Of a DNA stretch of 64,000 nucleotides, positions 63,116 through 64,000 are shown in pieces. A program made the translations under genes and the position numbers. This DNA comes from Clostridia bacterium (GTDB lineage: Bacteria; Bacillota; Clostridia; Christensenellales; CAG-1252): NCBI GenBank assembly GCA_017394805.1, contig JAFPXC010000007.1:1093-65092 (forward strand), written 5' to 3'. Each line of letters begins with the position of its first letter. The first letter of the stretch is position 1. A model generated the notes under the pieces. The model was not told where the DNA came from. It did no database searches and was given only the letters and a program-made list of their open reading frames with translations.

Positions 63116-63655
63116 ATGGCATCGAAAGCATCGGAATCCATTTTGAGCGCAAAGAGAGTCGTTATCGACGAGATCAAAGAGAAGATTCAAGGCGCCCAAT
63201 CTCTCGTGCTGATGAGCTACCAAGGTTTGACCGCCGCCCAAGACACCGAACTGCGTGCCAAATTGCGCGAGGCCGGCGTGGAGTACAAAGTGTTGAAGAA
63301 CCGTTTGGTTCGCATTGCGCTCAACGAATTAGGCTACACCGAGTTTGACAAAGATCTGGAAGGCCCCACCGCGGTTGCTTTCGGTCATCAAGACGCAGTC
63401 GCCCCTGCCAAGATTTTGTGCGAGTATTCGGCAAAATTCGGCAAGATCGCCGTCAAGAGCGGTATGGTGGACCACGTGGCCATCGACGCGAACGGAGTCA
63501 AAGAGCTGTCCGAACTTCCCTCGAAAGAAGTTTTGGTCGCAAAGGTACTCGGTATGCTGCAAGCCCCCATCACGGGCTTCGTGCGCGTACTCAACGGTAC
63601 CATCGGAGGTTTGGCTATCGCCCTCAAGGCTATCGCCGACAAACAGGAAGCATAA
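63116..63655 (+). CDS. rplJ: 50S ribosomal protein L10
   Basis: YKVLKNRL, LEGPTAVAF, LPSKEVL. Confidence 0.96.
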   Translation: MASKASESILSAKRVVIDEIKEKIQGAQSLVLMSYQGLTAAQDTELRAKLREAGVEYKVLKNRLVRIALNELGYTEFDKDLEGPTAVAFGHQDAVAPAKILCEYSAKFGKIAVKSGMVDHVAIDANGVKELSELPSKEVLVAKVLGMLQAPITGFVRVLNGTIGGLAIALKAIADKQEA

Positions 63656-63714
63656 ACTTGGCAACTTCGGTTGCAACGCAACAAAATTTAAGAGAATAAT
63701 TGGAGGATATAAAA

Positions 63715-64000
63715 ATGGCTGACATCAACAAAATGATCGAAGAAATCAAAGGTATGACCGTGCTCGAGCTCAACAACCTCGTCAAAGCATTGGAAGAAGA
63801 ATTCGGCGTTTCCGCCGCTGCCCCCGTGGCTGTCGCTGCTGCCCCCGCTGTCGGTGGTACCGCTGCTCCCGCCCAAGAAGAGAAGACCGAGTTCACCGTG
63901 GTCCTCAAGGCCGCTGGTCCCAACAAATTGCAAGTCGTCAAAACCGTGCGTGAAATCACCGGTTTGCCTCTCGGCGAAGCCAAAGCCTTGGTCGACAACG
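63715..64000 (+). CDS. rplL: 50S ribosomal protein L7/L12 (truncated by window edge)
   Basis: [40 protein letters not shown]. Confidence 0.96.
   Translation, partial: MADINKMIEEIKGMTVLELNNLVKALEEEFGVSAAAPVAVAAAPAVGGTAAPAQEEKTEFTVVLKAAGPNKLQVVKTVREITGLPLGEAKALVDN

Overview
64 kb of core chromosome from a GC-rich, spore-forming Clostridia-class bacterium (inferred from gene content; probably an uncultured gut/rumen lineage). It holds secG; a spoVT-yabM-mazG-dusB cluster; a tandem-AAA (SpoVK/CbbX-type) ATPase; a dipeptidase; an archaeal-type aspS; surface proteins; tRNA-Arg(CCG); a complete glycogen operon (glgBCDAP plus a GH13 enzyme); a VanW/YoaR-like gene; a MacB-type ABC fusion; a T-box-controlled Na+/solute symporter; the full S10-spc-alpha ribosomal cluster; a 1089-aa lipoprotein; a glyQS-yycJ-CPBP-CPBP-rlmH operon; tmk; and the rpmG-secE-nusG-rplKAJL cluster (rplL truncated by the window edge). 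I found no transposase, integrase, phage, cas or defence genes, and no clearly novel multi-gene system. The best leads are small or non-coding: a Tyr-specifier T-box on an SSS-family transporter, a 53-aa Cys-rich protein missing from the ORF track, four REP-like intergenic hairpin families (two with compensatory stem changes), several apparently leaderless genes (two behind sigmaG-type promoters), helically phased A-tracts upstream of the tRNA, and expansions in several ribosomal proteins. Functional calls come from motif recognition by eye, without database searches.
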